The notes beneath the pieces are model-generated. The model saw nothing but the letters and a program-made list of their open reading frames with translations, did not search any database and was not told the DNA's origin. The position numbers and the translations under genes were made by a program. A stretch of 62,679 bases of DNA, counting the filler, from Candidatus Delongbacteria bacterium (lineage in GTDB: Bacteria; UBA4055): the NCBI GenBank assembly GCA_016937995.1. It is 5 parts of 5 records of this genome, joined end to end, with 100 filler letters (N's around TTAATTAATTAA, not from the genome) between each part and the next. Parts side by side here need not be neighbours in the genome. Positions count along the whole stretch, not along the records: positions 36,200 to 56,642 come from JAFGVM010000048.1; positions 56,743 to 62,679 come from JAFGVM010000050.1; 3 more parts are not named here. One strand, written 5' to 3'. Positions within the stretch are counted from its first letter, which is position 1. Each line of letters opens with the position of its first letter. Shown here one piece after another: positions 48,839 through 59,479 of the stretch.

Positions 48839-51442
48839 CTATTTCACAAAACTCATCTTTCTTGAAACACTCACCCCATCAACCTGAAGAGTATACATAT
48901 ATATTCCACTGTTCAATCCTTCTGAATTAAATACAGCTGAATGTTTACCTGCAGATTGCCTTCCATTGAAGAGTTGCTTAACCATTTGCCCTTTAGAATT
49001 ATAAACTTTCAAATCTACTTTCTGAGCATTATCCTTTAATGTCCAACTTATAGTAGTCTGATTATTAAATGGATTCGGATAATTTTGAGAGAGTTCATAA
49101 TTATTAATTATTAATTGTTCATTATTAATTATCCCTGAAAGGGATGAAACCAAACTTCTTTCATACGCTCCATTACCGTGAGTAGCTAACTTGATCTTTT
49201 TATCTGATAGAGAGATTTTCAGGTCCATAGCAACAACACCGTCTCCTAGTCCTTCTGTGAAAAGTTTCCATGTATTACCTAGATCAGGTGTAAAATATAC
49301 TCCTAAATCATTTCCGTAATAAATATGATCCGTGTTAAAAGGATCCACTATGACTGACCATCCGGGAATATCTGGAAGTCCGGTATCAATGCTGACCCAA
49401 GTTGTACCGGAATCATCAGTTCTGAATAAATGAGGAGTTCCGAAACCACCGAAAGTAATATAAGCAATATCATCATTTGTAGGATCTACAGCTATATCCG
49501 TTGGGTGTCGGTCTGGAAGATCACCGGTAATATCGATCGAGCTTCCTCTGTTATTAGTGTAATAAACTTTTGCTCTAATTTCACCGGGTGAAGTTGCAAA
49601 ATACAACTTTGTAATATTCTGTTTTGATATATCCATTGCGATAACTGGATTAAATCCTGAAGCAGGAGGTAAAGGCATCTGTTCCCATGAATTACCCTGA
49701 TCAGTGCTTTTGTATATATAACTAGCTCCGGCGTACATTGTGCTGTCATCTATTGAACTCATTAAATAAGGAGCAATGAAATTTACAGAACCTACTATCG
49801 GTCCTGGAGTAACATCATAGTTGAAGTTATATCCCTTATCCTTGGATTTTAACACATTGAGATACTGCCATGAAGCAAAAACAATATCGTTATCGGATTG
49901 TGACATAGCAGTACAGGAACCGTCTCCTCCGATCACTCTTCTCCAGTACGGCTCTCCGTCATAGATACAGGTATAATTATCCTGAAGACCTCCGAGAGCG
50001 AATAAAGAATCAGTATCTGAGCATGAAAATCCGTTGTAGAACTGTGATGTCTGATAACCCCAGTTACAGCTTAAAAAATTAATCCCTCCGTCATCAGATC
50101 TGTGAACTCCTCCGTCATGAGCCATATAAACAATATCCGGATCGGTTGGATGAAATTCAAAGTCATGATGATCTGAGTGAAGCCAGTCGGGATGGAACTG
50201 ATCATATACCTGTCCCTGAGAAACATTCATAGTAGTTCCCCCATTCTCAGACTGATATAGATCAATACCTCCAAGAAATAATTTATCCAGATTAACAGGA
50301 TGAACTCCTACATAATGAGAGTACCAGCCCTGATAATTCGCGTAATTGGTAGTATTGATAGATTCCCATGTATTCCCATGATCAACTGATTTGCACAACC
50401 ATGTAGCACCGTTGTTAAGACCGTCACTGTTCCCGATACTTGCATATGTGATATTTGGATCCGATCTTGAGTAATCAAGTCTGACCTTTCCTCCGAATGA
50501 AGCAGGTCCGTTCAGAATTGCTTTTTTTGTCCATGTTGTACCATTATCGGAGGATCTGTAAATACCATGTCCCGGACTCCACATTCCTCCGCAACCTGCT
50601 ATAATTACATTCGAGCTGTCAGGATATATTATCAGATCTGAGACCATCGGCACATTAAGCAGAAGTTCCCAGCTTTCTCCTGCATCGGGAGACCTGTAAA
50701 CACCTTCTGTGGTAGCAGCCCATATTATGTTATGATCATCCGGATCGATCTTTATTCTCTGAACGCCTCTCATATCACTGAAAGACCAGTCCAGGCTTTT
50801 AGTCCATGTATTTCCGCCGTCTATTGTTCTCAGTATTCCGATACCGTACATTCCCCTGGTTACCCTGTTACTTATTCCGGGATAACTTTCAGTATTTCCG
50901 TAGATCTCTCCGGTACCGACATAGATCGTATCATTGTTGACAGGATCGATCTCTACTGCAGATATCGCAAGTCCCGGATAACCTAGATCGATACGGCTCC
51001 ATGCATTCTCTCTCATACCACCGTAAGTATTTTTCCAGAGACCACCGCTTGCAGAAGCAGCATAAATAATATTGTGATCATACGGATCTATAGCTATATC
51101 CAAAGTTCTTCCACCAATGTTCTTTGGTCCTATGCTTGTCCATTCATTCTCCGAATCACGTACTTTTAGCATTTTTCTCTGATCTGACAAAGCTTTTGAG
51201 TAAACATCTTCAGGAATGTTATCACCGGGATATGATCTTATACTGTTGAAAAGTTTCAGATATCTGAAAGAACCGGGTGTTTTCTTTGCACCTTTTCGTT
51301 TTTTTGCAGCTTCAAGTTTTTTTTGCTTATACAGACTGAGAGTTTTGAAATCTTTTTTTAATCGAGGCTTTTCACTGCTGAAAATATAAAAAGACAGTAG
51401 CACCAGTAATAGTGCAGCAGAAAATATCAGATATTTCTTCAT
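48839..51442 (-). CDS. Secreted BNR/Asp-box beta-propeller protein with C-terminal T9SS-like sorting domain
   Basis: WTSIGP.NIGGR, many S/T.D.G.TW Asp boxes, HSDHH, ELSQNYPNPFN...SGIYMY...RKM. Confidence 0.85.
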   Translation of the reverse strand: MKKYLIFSAALLLVLLSFYIFSSEKPRLKKDFKTLSLYKQKKLEAAKKRKGAKKTPGSFRYLKLFNSIRSYPGDNIPEDVYSKALSDQRKMLKVRDSENEWTSIGPKNIGGRTLDIAIDPYDHNIIYAASASGGLWKNTYGGMRENAWSRIDLGYPGLAISAVEIDPVNNDTIYVGTGEIYGNTESYPGISNRVTRGMYGIGILRTIDGGNTWTKSLDWSFSDMRGVQRIKIDPDDHNIIWAATTEGVYRSPDAGESWELLLNVPMVSDLIIYPDSSNVIIAGCGGMWSPGHGIYRSSDNGTTWTKKAILNGPASFGGKVRLDYSRSDPNITYASIGNSDGLNNGATWLCKSVDHGNTWESINTTNYANYQGWYSHYVGVHPVNLDKLFLGGIDLYQSENGGTTMNVSQGQVYDQFHPDWLHSDHHDFEFHPTDPDIVYMAHDGGVHRSDDGGINFLSCNWGYQTSQFYNGFSCSDTDSLFALGGLQDNYTCIYDGEPYWRRVIGGDGSCTAMSQSDNDIVFASWQYLNVLKSKDKGYNFNYDVTPGPIVGSVNFIAPYLMSSIDDSTMYAGASYIYKSTDQGNSWEQMPLPPASGFNPVIAMDISKQNITKLYFATSPGEIRAKVYYTNNRGSSIDITGDLPDRHPTDIAVDPTNDDIAYITFGGFGTPHLFRTDDSGTTWVSIDTGLPDIPGWSVIVDPFNTDHIYYGNDLGVYFTPDLGNTWKLFTEGLGDGVVAMDLKISLSDKKIKLATHGNGAYERSLVSSLSGIINNEQLIINNYELSQNYPNPFNNQTTISWTLKDNAQKVDLKVYNSKGQMVKQLFNGRQSAGKHSAVFNSEGLNSGIYMYTLQVDGVSVSRKMSFVK

Positions 51443-51554
51443 GATAGGTCCCTTGTTTATTTGAAAGTTCTGTAATTTAAACTAATGAATCTAGTCATCA
51501 AAATCTATTTAAAAACGATAAAGTGCAGTTTAATACATCTGACTTGAATATTTT

Positions 51555-52724
51555 TTACTTGAAATATTTTTGTTTTCTCGAGAAGAATATAGCAAATAAA
51601 ATTAAAAATAAACCGGTAAAAATATATATTCCGTTCAAATTGAATAATTTACTTAAGACTCCAAATATAGGTATGATGAACAACCCGACAAAGTTTCTTA
51701 ATAGATGTGCCATTGATATAACTGTTGCTCTGCTGAAAGACTTTATTTTATGCTGAATTTTACTGTCTGTGAGAATAACGAGTGGAGAAGATATAAAATA
51801 TCCTAACAACAATACTGAAATCATAGGTATATTCGGAAATATACCTGCTGTAATTATCAATGCTCCGGTAAAGACCGGAAGTAAATAATATATAAACGTA
51901 CTGTTTTTAAATCTGTGAGCAAAAAATGCCCCGATCGAGTTCATTCCTGACCAGATGAATCCTGCGATCCCGAAAGCCCATATAGGAAGTCCGGCAAGTT
52001 TATAATATAGCTGATCAAATTCCTCCAGATCGGCCAGTATAGAAATTCCCAATGCATAAAATATCAATACCTGTATTGATCTGTTCCCTTTTACTTCACT
52101 ATAAGCGATTTTTATATTTTTAAGATATTTTATTTCTTCAGTGGGTTTTACTTTGGGTGCTTCTTTTATCTTGGAAGCAAAATATGCTGACAGCAATAAA
52201 GGCACAACAGATAACAGAAGAACGAGTTTCAGGCTGTAGTAAGCAATAAATCCCCCGCTCACTGTAGAGATCGCGAGTGCAATGTGAAAATAGAATTTCT
52301 TTCTTCCGATCACTTTTTCATATTCATTTTGCTTGTCAAGTTCGGTAAGCTTATCGAATAATAACGCTTCTGTTGTTCCAGAAATTAATGAACTTCCTAT
52401 ACTCCAGAAAATAAACCCTGAAGCATATGCGTAAAAATTCCCGTCTGCAAAGAACCAGATGACAAAACAAACTGATTTCAGAACAGGTGCCAGCATTAAC
52501 ATTTTTTTTCTGCTCCAGGTATCACCCAGGGCACCGGAAGGTATTTCAAATACAAGAGAATTTAATGTCCACCAGGATAGCAGCATGGATATTTGAAATA
52601 CCGAAAGACCGTTTTCACTGAATAATAAATTGTAGACAGCATAAGCAAAAACAAAATCATAAAGAGAAGAACTGAGAAAGTAATTCTTCAGAAAAACCTT
52701 ATATTTTTCAGATACATCCAGCAT
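51555..52724 (-). CDS. MFS transporter
   Basis: EIPSGALGDTWSRK motif A, SGT.EAL.FD, many TM segments; start taken at MLDVS. Confidence 0.88.
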   Translation of the reverse strand: MLDVSEKYKVFLKNYFLSSSLYDFVFAYAVYNLLFSENGLSVFQISMLLSWWTLNSLVFEIPSGALGDTWSRKKMLMLAPVLKSVCFVIWFFADGNFYAYASGFIFWSIGSSLISGTTEALLFDKLTELDKQNEYEKVIGRKKFYFHIALAISTVSGGFIAYYSLKLVLLLSVVPLLLSAYFASKIKEAPKVKPTEEIKYLKNIKIAYSEVKGNRSIQVLIFYALGISILADLEEFDQLYYKLAGLPIWAFGIAGFIWSGMNSIGAFFAHRFKNSTFIYYLLPVFTGALIITAGIFPNIPMISVLLLGYFISSPLVILTDSKIQHKIKSFSRATVISMAHLLRNFVGLFIIPIFGVLSKLFNLNGIYIFTGLFLILFAIFFSRKQKYFK

Positions 52725-52740
52725 TTTTCTTCCATGATAC

Positions 52741-52767
52741 AAAAAAGACGGGAACGACCCGTCTTTT
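52741..52767 (-). terminator. Intrinsic terminator after pckA
   Basis: aaaaaagacggg-aacga-cccgtctttt. Confidence 0.85.
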
Positions 52768-52795
52768 AATTTATTATTTCAAGAAAAAATAGAGT

Positions 52796-54418
52796 CTAGT
52801 CCACCTTAGGTCCGTGTTCAATGAGCGATCTACCTTCATCATTTGTAGCACATTTATTAAAGTTCTGAATAAATTTTCTTGCAAGGTCTTTGGCAGCTTT
52901 ATCAAAATCCTCTTCGTTTGCCCATAACATTCTTGGGTGTAGAAGTTTTTCGTCAACATCCTTCACTGATCTTGGTACAAAAAGACCAAATGTACTGGTT
53001 TTATGAAATTCCTCTTTTTCCAATGATCCATCAATGATAGCATCAATGATAGCTCTAGTTGCTTTTAAACTTATTCTGTTACCAACTCCGTATCCTCCAC
53101 CAGTCCATCCCGTGTTTACAAGCCACGCAGTTGATCCATGCTCTTCCATCTTTCGAATGAGTTCCTGAGCATATACTGTTGGATGCAATAACAGGAATGC
53201 AGCTCCAAAACATGCTGAGAATGAAGGAACAGGTTCTGTAATTCCCCTTTCTGTCCCTGCTACTTTTGCTGTATATCCACTAAGGAAATAATACTTTGTC
53301 TGTTCAGGTGTAAGTTTAGCAACAGGTGGCAGAACTCCGAACGCATCTGCTGAAAGAAAGATAACATTCTTAGGATGTCCAGCTTTTGAAACCGGTTTTA
53401 CGATCTTTTCTATATGGTATAACGGATATGAAACTCTTCCATTCTGTGTTTTTGAAACATCTGAGAAATCTATTTTTCCTGTTTCAGGATCAAATACAAC
53501 ATTTTCTAGCAACGCATCTCTTTTGATCGCATTGTAAATATCGGGTTCTTTCTCTTTATCCAAATCTATAGTTTTAGCATAACATCCACCTTCAAAGTTG
53601 AAAATACCTTCGTCATCCCAACCGTGTTCATCATCACCGATAAGATATCTTTTCGGATCAGCAGATAAAGTAGTTTTACCTGTTCCTGAAAGACCGAAAA
53701 ATAATGCTGTATCCCCTTCCTCTCCCATATTTGCAGAACAATGCATAGCTGCTATATGCTTCAATGGTAAAAAGTAGTTCATCATTGAAAAGAACCCTTT
53801 TTTTATTTCACCACCATACCATGTACCACCAACTACAGAAAGCCTTTTGTCTATGTTAAATACTGCAAATACATCGCTATTTAAGTTTTGCTCTTTCCAG
53901 TCAGGATTTGTTGTTTTACATGCATTAAGCATTACAAAATCAGGTTCAAAGTCTTTCAATTCCTCCTCAGTTGGACGAATAAACATATTTTTTACAAAAT
54001 GAGCCATCCATGCTACTTCTGTAATGACCCTGATCTTTAATCTGGTATTTACATTCGCTCCGGCATAACCATCCTGAACATAAAGCTTCTTACCTGACAG
54101 TTGTTTTCTACCCAGACCGTATAAGTGATCCCAAACTTCATTTGTTATTGGTTTGTTGTCCGAAACCATATTCTCAGCATCTTTCCACCATACGTGTTCG
54201 CAGCTTTCTCCACCGCATACAATGTACTTATCCTTAGGTGACCTACCGGTAAAAATACCTGTATCCACCGTAACTGCTCCAAGATCTGTTACATAACCTC
54301 TTTCATATCCTTGCAAAGATGGATCTGTTTCATGCCTGAATAATTCATCATAAGATAGATTGTGAAATACTTCCTGAGGATCATTAATTCCATATTTACT
54401 TAGATCAAGTTTGCTCAT
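52796..54418 (-). CDS. pckA: Phosphoenolpyruvate carboxykinase (ATP)
   Basis: [47 protein letters not shown]. Confidence 0.97.
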   Translation of the reverse strand: MSKLDLSKYGINDPQEVFHNLSYDELFRHETDPSLQGYERGYVTDLGAVTVDTGIFTGRSPKDKYIVCGGESCEHVWWKDAENMVSDNKPITNEVWDHLYGLGRKQLSGKKLYVQDGYAGANVNTRLKIRVITEVAWMAHFVKNMFIRPTEEELKDFEPDFVMLNACKTTNPDWKEQNLNSDVFAVFNIDKRLSVVGGTWYGGEIKKGFFSMMNYFLPLKHIAAMHCSANMGEEGDTALFFGLSGTGKTTLSADPKRYLIGDDEHGWDDEGIFNFEGGCYAKTIDLDKEKEPDIYNAIKRDALLENVVFDPETGKIDFSDVSKTQNGRVSYPLYHIEKIVKPVSKAGHPKNVIFLSADAFGVLPPVAKLTPEQTKYYFLSGYTAKVAGTERGITEPVPSFSACFGAAFLLLHPTVYAQELIRKMEEHGSTAWLVNTGWTGGGYGVGNRISLKATRAIIDAIIDGSLEKEEFHKTSTFGLFVPRSVKDVDEKLLHPRMLWANEEDFDKAAKDLARKFIQNFNKCATNDEGRSLIEHGPKVD

Positions 54419-54567
54419 TCTTTTGCCTTTTATTTATTATTTTACAGCATTCTCGTAACTTAGAGCATAAAGTTATAAACAATTAAAAAAATAATACAAA
54501 TATTTTTTTAGGTATTTTTTTTAAAGTTTTTTAACTTCATTTAAACAACATTTAAAATGAGAAAGCT

Positions 54568-54864
54568 ATGGATCCTTCTTGGCAAGTAATAATAGGCATT
54601 GGTATTGGTGGGTTGATCTTAGTCTTGTATGGCTTTTATAAAGATTATTTGAAAGCATGTAAAGAAAATCATGAGAATCAAACCATGGCGAAATGGTCAA
54701 TTGTATTCGGGCTTTCTGGATTATTCATTATTGGAGTTGGTAGTATAATTGGTTTGATCTTGGGATTCATATCCAAGAATGGGAAGAAGCATAAAGCCTT
54801 GTCCAATATTGGAATTATTTTGAGTATTCTGACATTGCTGCCCTGGATAGGGGTACTTATTTAA
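54568..54864 (+). CDS. Small membrane protein, DUF4190-like
   Basis: Three hydrophobic segments; A..S.VFG.....GLILG.IS pattern. Confidence 0.6.
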   Translation: MDPSWQVIIGIGIGGLILVLYGFYKDYLKACKENHENQTMAKWSIVFGLSGLFIIGVGSIIGLILGFISKNGKKHKALSNIGIILSILTLLPWIGVLI

Positions 54865-54878
54865 GGTCCCTAAGTTTA

Positions 54879-55424
54879 TTATGTCGCACCTTGAACTACC
54901 TGGGTTGAGTTCTTTTTATCATTCTCCCCCCAATAAGTTTTAATTGTAAATATATAGGGCTTTTCCGGTAAACCGTAACCCCGTTTTTCAATTACTTTAA
55001 TAACACAATCCTTCAACATTTCTGAAACCTCAACTAAAGAAATATTTTCGACCAATTGATGTTTAAAAGTTTTTGAACAATCAATCATAACATCAAATTT
55101 TCCTTTGCTTATATATTCACAGGTTATTTTGAAATTACATAATACTGCTACGTTAATTTCTGGAACAGGAATAGTTGTTTGTTGTAAAGGTTTCGTAGGT
55201 TTTGCAATTGATGTAATCATTGCTTCTGGAACTGCCCCTGAAACAATAAATGGCACTTCTTGTATATGAATGTCACAATCATCCAAGGAGTTCCATACTT
55301 GATATATCTTAGTAAGTGAATTCATTGTAGCAAACAAACAAGTCGATAGTAGACTTATCGATAAAATGATTGTTATTGATGACAGTAGCTTCATTATAAA
55401 TTTCCTATCTAATATTTTATACAT
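54879..55424 (-). CDS. Hypothetical exported protein
   Basis: 181-aa ORF with signal-like N-terminus; start may be MKLLSS. Confidence 0.55.
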   Translation of the reverse strand: MYKILDRKFIMKLLSSITIILSISLLSTCLFATMNSLTKIYQVWNSLDDCDIHIQEVPFIVSGAVPEAMITSIAKPTKPLQQTTIPVPEINVAVLCNFKITCEYISKGKFDVMIDCSKTFKHQLVENISLVEVSEMLKDCVIKVIEKRGYGLPEKPYIFTIKTYWGENDKKNSTQVVQGAT

Positions 55425-55474
55425 AACACTTTTGGATACTTTTGGTCAAGCAAAAGTATCAGAATAAAAAATCC

Positions 55475-56263
55475 TTAATACAAATCCACTCTGCGATCAT
55501 CTAAGCAGGTGATCTGCTTTCTGTATTCTATAACATTTTTAATATCTATCTCAGCAGATTTGTAGTCATCCAGTTCACTGCATTCTATTAAAAGCTCTCC
55601 ATCGGGAGCGATTACCATAGAGTTCCCAGCATATGTATAATGTTCTGTTGAATAAGATGCTCTATTACAAGTAACGAAATAACACTGATTTTCAATAGCT
55701 CTGGCAAAACATAATTTCTTAAAAACATCTGTCCTTGCATGAGGCCATGCTGCTGGAAGGATTATCAGGTCAGCACCTTTACGATACAATGCTCTTAAAC
55801 TCTCAGGAAACCTAAGATCATAACAAATATTAATGCCAATTTTCCAGCCTTTATATTCAAAAACAGGAAGATCATCTCCTTGAGTAAAATAAATATCTTC
55901 ATTCAGTAATTTAAAAAGATGAGTTTTATTGTAATGACCGATTATTTCTCCATTACCATCAATAAAAATAGATCTGTTATATCGTTTTCCGTTATCATTG
56001 GTCGAAATTGTCCCAAGTATAAGAGCTGTCTTTTTCTCTTTGCATAATCCTGAAAACTTTTTAATAACTTCTTCTGCTTTATCAGCCCATTTATATATAT
56101 TCTCTTCTTTATAACCGGGAATAAACAATTCAGGAAAAACCGCGATACCATCTATTAAGGAATCATTATTCATAAAAAGATCTAATGCCTTATTGAAATT
56201 ATCCTCGGTGTGCTTTTCATTAACTGATATTTGTAAAAGGTGTATTTTCATAGTTGATCCCAC
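55475..56263 (-). CDS. Carbon-nitrogen hydrolase (nitrilase family)
   Basis: FPEL, YNKTHLF, ICYDLRFPE (E-K-C triad), ARAIENQ. Confidence 0.92.
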   Translation of the reverse strand: MGSTMKIHLLQISVNEKHTEDNFNKALDLFMNNDSLIDGIAVFPELFIPGYKEENIYKWADKAEEVIKKFSGLCKEKKTALILGTISTNDNGKRYNRSIFIDGNGEIIGHYNKTHLFKLLNEDIYFTQGDDLPVFEYKGWKIGINICYDLRFPESLRALYRKGADLIILPAAWPHARTDVFKKLCFARAIENQCYFVTCNRASYSTEHYTYAGNSMVIAPDGELLIECSELDDYKSAEIDIKNVIEYRKQITCLDDRRVDLY

Positions 56264-56317
56264 TATTCTTTCAGAAATTTACATTTATAAAAATGCTTTT
56301 GCAAACCTAAAGAAAAA

Positions 56318-56642
56318 TTATATCCGATTTATTAACTTTTTATTCTTTTTTTTATTTTCAACAAAATTACCAATAATAATAAACACTATTGCAGAAACAA
56401 CAGCTCCGTAAGTTTTATCAACTGAAAACCATCCGAAACTTTTTCCGAAAACGCATGCAAAAATTGTTAATGTTCCACCTATAAAAGCATATATTACTCC
56501 TGTTTCAGTGATCCAGTTCTTTTTATAGATACCGAATATTATCACGATAGCTCCTATAGCCCTGATCGCATAAGAAATATAAGCCGCATCAAGTACGCTT
56601 TTACCCACATAGATCGCAAGAGGGATCGTGATGATATTAACA
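56318..56642 (-). CDS. C-terminal fragment of a membrane transporter (sodium:solute symporter-like)
   Basis: Hydrophobic frame open to the contig edge; family assignment is tentative. Confidence 0.5.
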
Positions 56643-56742
56643 NNNNNNNNNNNNNNNNNNNNNNNNNNNNNNNNNNNNNNNNNNNNTTAATTAATTAANN
56701 NNNNNNNNNNNNNNNNNNNNNNNNNNNNNNNNNNNNNNNNNN
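56643..56742. other. Artificial contig spacer
   Basis: N-run + TTAATTAATTAA + N-run. Confidence 0.99.
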
Positions 56743-57624
56743 ATTAAAAACCGTCACCTCTGCTCTCCTGACCAATGCTTCCTTAGTCTTAAAAGCAATA
56801 TGAGGAGTAAGCACAATGTTATCCATATTCAAAAGCGGATTATCAAATTTTACAGGCTCAACCTCATAAACATCTATACCTGCTCCTGCAATAACATTTT
56901 TCTGCAAAGCTTCTATAAGTGCTGATTCATCAACTACAGGACCTCTTGCAGTATTGACAAGAAAACCATTCTGACCCACTAACTTCAACTGCTCTTCCCC
57001 GATAAGTCCTTTTGTCTCTGAGTTCGAAGGAACATGAATAGAAAGAATATCCACTTTTTCACAAAGTTCATTCAATGAATCAACATATATTCCACCAAGA
57101 TCAGTGAACTCTTTTCTCTGAGTTTTTGACCAACCTAAAATATTACAACCAAGAACTTTAAATATCTGAGCAGTCCTGATACCGATCTCCCCTGTTCCGC
57201 AGATACCCACTGTTTTACCTGAAAGCTCAATACCTGCTTTACCCAGGTTCCAACCGCCTTTTCTGATAACATCATTTCCTTTAGGGATCTCTCTTAAAAG
57301 GTTTATCGTTAATCCTATAGTAAGTTCAGCAACTGAATTGGTTGAATATGCAGGAACATTATAAACTGCAATAGCATTCTCTCTGCAGTAGTCAAGGTCC
57401 ACACTGTCATAACCTGTAAAAGCCACTGCTATCATTTTCAGACTGGAAAACTCTGAAAGTTGATTTCTATCCAGCTTTGTTTTAACAGTTACTAACACTT
57501 CCACCTTGTCACACTGAATAGCTTGTTCCGATTTATCGGAAAACCATGATGTCTCATGATCTTCTGCAGCTGAAATGAATTGTTCTCTGGGTATTCCAAG
57601 TTCTTCTAAAATATGTATTTTCAT
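56743..57624 (-). CDS. D-isomer-specific 2-hydroxyacid dehydrogenase, last codons missing
   Basis: FTGYDSVD, GTGEIG, NTARG, DVYEVEP, TPHIAF; start MKIHIL after AAGGAG. Confidence 0.92.
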
Positions 57625-57640
57625 ATATTCTCCTTTAATA

Positions 57641-57788
57641 GTCATTGCGAGTACTATGTTCGAAGCAATCTAAAACGCAAACAAATATCAGATTACCACG
57701 TCATTTCATTCCTCGTAATGACAAATTTTCGCACAACGCACAACGAACAACGAACAACCCGAGACTCAAGACCCGAGACCCAAGACTT
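57641..57788. repeat. GTCATTGCGAG...CTCGTAATGAC element followed by heptamer arrays
   Basis: 57641-57722 terminal inverted repeat; gcacaac/gaacaac and gagactc/aagaccc heptamers. Confidence 0.82.
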
Positions 57789-58416
57789 GAACAATATGCT
57801 CATTAAAACCCTCCTCCCCAGCTTTCTTTACCAGTTCGGTCAAAGGTAATAATTCTGCGACATATCTGAATATATATGCATAATTCTCGTAACTTCCTCT
57901 TTCTTCATTTTTTATAATATCTATCATCTCATCTTTGGAAAGTACAAGCTTAGAATGTGAGAACTGGTCTGCAGCGAATAATGCAAAGCCTTCAAAGAAC
58001 CAAACAGGTCCCATAGCTTCCTCATCTCCACCGAGAATTCTGATATGCAGTCTGTGTGCAATTTCATGAGCCATTATCTTTGAATAGAATTCATCCTCAA
58101 TTCCCTGCGGAAAGACCTTTTCATATATCTCAGGTGAAACAATGGTCAGTATCCTTTGCTCTAATGCTCCACAGTATGTCTCCGGAAGTTCTAAGGTTGG
58201 ATCAGATTCAGTAAGTTCAAGTAGCATTTTATCAAATTCTGATTTCTGATCAAAGATCATTACTTTATCCATGAAAGGTTCTTTCACTAATTCTTCCCAA
58301 CCGTACTTTTTCGAAAAAGTTCTTATCCTATCCTGAGCGTCTGTAAGATACTTTTCAAACTCAGCCTTTCTGGGTTCATAAGAAGCTGGTAATTTTAAAT
58401 CAATTTTATTTTTCAT
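57766..58416 (-). CDS. Putative zinc metallopeptidase (gluzincin-like)
   Basis: AHEIAH followed by PVWFFEGFA; start taken at MKNKID. Confidence 0.7.
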   Translation of the reverse strand: MKNKIDLKLPASYEPRKAEFEKYLTDAQDRIRTFSKKYGWEELVKEPFMDKVMIFDQKSEFDKMLLELTESDPTLELPETYCGALEQRILTIVSPEIYEKVFPQGIEDEFYSKIMAHEIAHRLHIRILGGDEEAMGPVWFFEGFALFAADQFSHSKLVLSKDEMIDIIKNEERGSYENYAYIFRYVAELLPLTELVKKAGEEGFNEHIVQVLGLGS

Positions 58417-58479
58417 AAATATAACCTTCAATATTGTTCTCAATAAAAATGCAATATAGATATTTAAACTTTCTTATTC

Positions 58480-58846
58480 AAGTTAGAAGTTGTGGGTTGA
58501 CAGTTGACAGAGGCGAATCTTTTGACTTACCTTCCCAGACAGCTACGGACACGACCAAATTATATTCCCCGTGAAAAACCGACGATCCTTTATCACGGGG
58601 ATCGCACTTTTACAGCCATAAATTTGCACAATATTAGGGGTAAAAAATATGGATCGTCTTGATTTTTTTGTTTCTTTTTGTATCAAGACAAAAAGATAGA
58701 ATCATGTACGCTTTTAGAAGTTAGAAGTTAGAGGAGAGATTACCAAATATATAACACAACCCACAACTCATACTTCATACCTTATACCCCGTAAAAAGTC
58801 TTACATTTCTCCGATAAATCGGAGTAAACTAACCCAATGTGACTTT
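58480..58846. repeat. Intergenic repeat mosaic
   Basis: Heptamers, tccccgtga...tcacgggga hairpin, 62-bp element 58655-58716, ccgataaatcgg palindrome. Confidence 0.7.
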
Positions 58847-59383
58847 TTACTTATATTTCTTTTCCCCTGCTGTAACAGCTACATTAAGCACATTCTCATC
58901 AGGTACCAACGGGCAGGAATATTTAGAATTATATGCACACCATGGATTGTAAGCCAAATTGAAATCAAGTATCCATTTTTCACCAACTTTATCATGCTCT
59001 TCTTCCAGATCAAGATACCTGCCTGCACCATAAGAATCTATCGCTGTAGTTTTATCTTTATAAGGAATGAATAATCTGGTATCATTCACATCTGATTTAT
59101 AAGCTATCAATTGGTTTTCTATATCATCTATCTTGAATTTGAACTTACCGAATTTGATAAAGTGCCTGTCATTACCTTTAGAGTCTTTGATTATTATCTC
59201 AATTTTATCAGGGAATTCTATAAGCTCCAGCTCGAATCTGAACTTCCCATCAACAGGAAAATAATTCAACCCCTTAAAACCTCCCCTTTCTTCTTCTGGA
59301 ATAGGAGAATTGATCTCGTTCTTGAGGTAAGTGTTCTTGGCTATTCGATCATTTTGAAGTTTATTATTGTATTCGTTAAACAT
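58847..59383 (-). CDS. DUF1684 domain protein
   Basis: SP, GLNYFP, LFIPYKD.T, SYGAGRYLD, LDFNLAYNPWCAYN..YSCP, AGEK. Confidence 0.9.
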   Translation of the reverse strand: MFNEYNNKLQNDRIAKNTYLKNEINSPIPEEERGGFKGLNYFPVDGKFRFELELIEFPDKIEIIIKDSKGNDRHFIKFGKFKFKIDDIENQLIAYKSDVNDTRLFIPYKDKTTAIDSYGAGRYLDLEEEHDKVGEKWILDFNLAYNPWCAYNSKYSCPLVPDENVLNVAVTAGEKKYK

Positions 59384-59479
59384 TTTATTCCTAGTGGTAA
59401 GTGGTTAGTATATAGTGGCAAGGGCTAAGTTTACAACATCATTTATAAATCCTTTTTGCCTTCGTGCCTTTGTGAGAAA

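Noticed and set aside
10863..56742. Four identical TTAATTAATTAA motifs inside N runs
   Set aside because: Artificial scaffolding linkers; ORFs ending in X residues are gap-truncated, not pseudogenes
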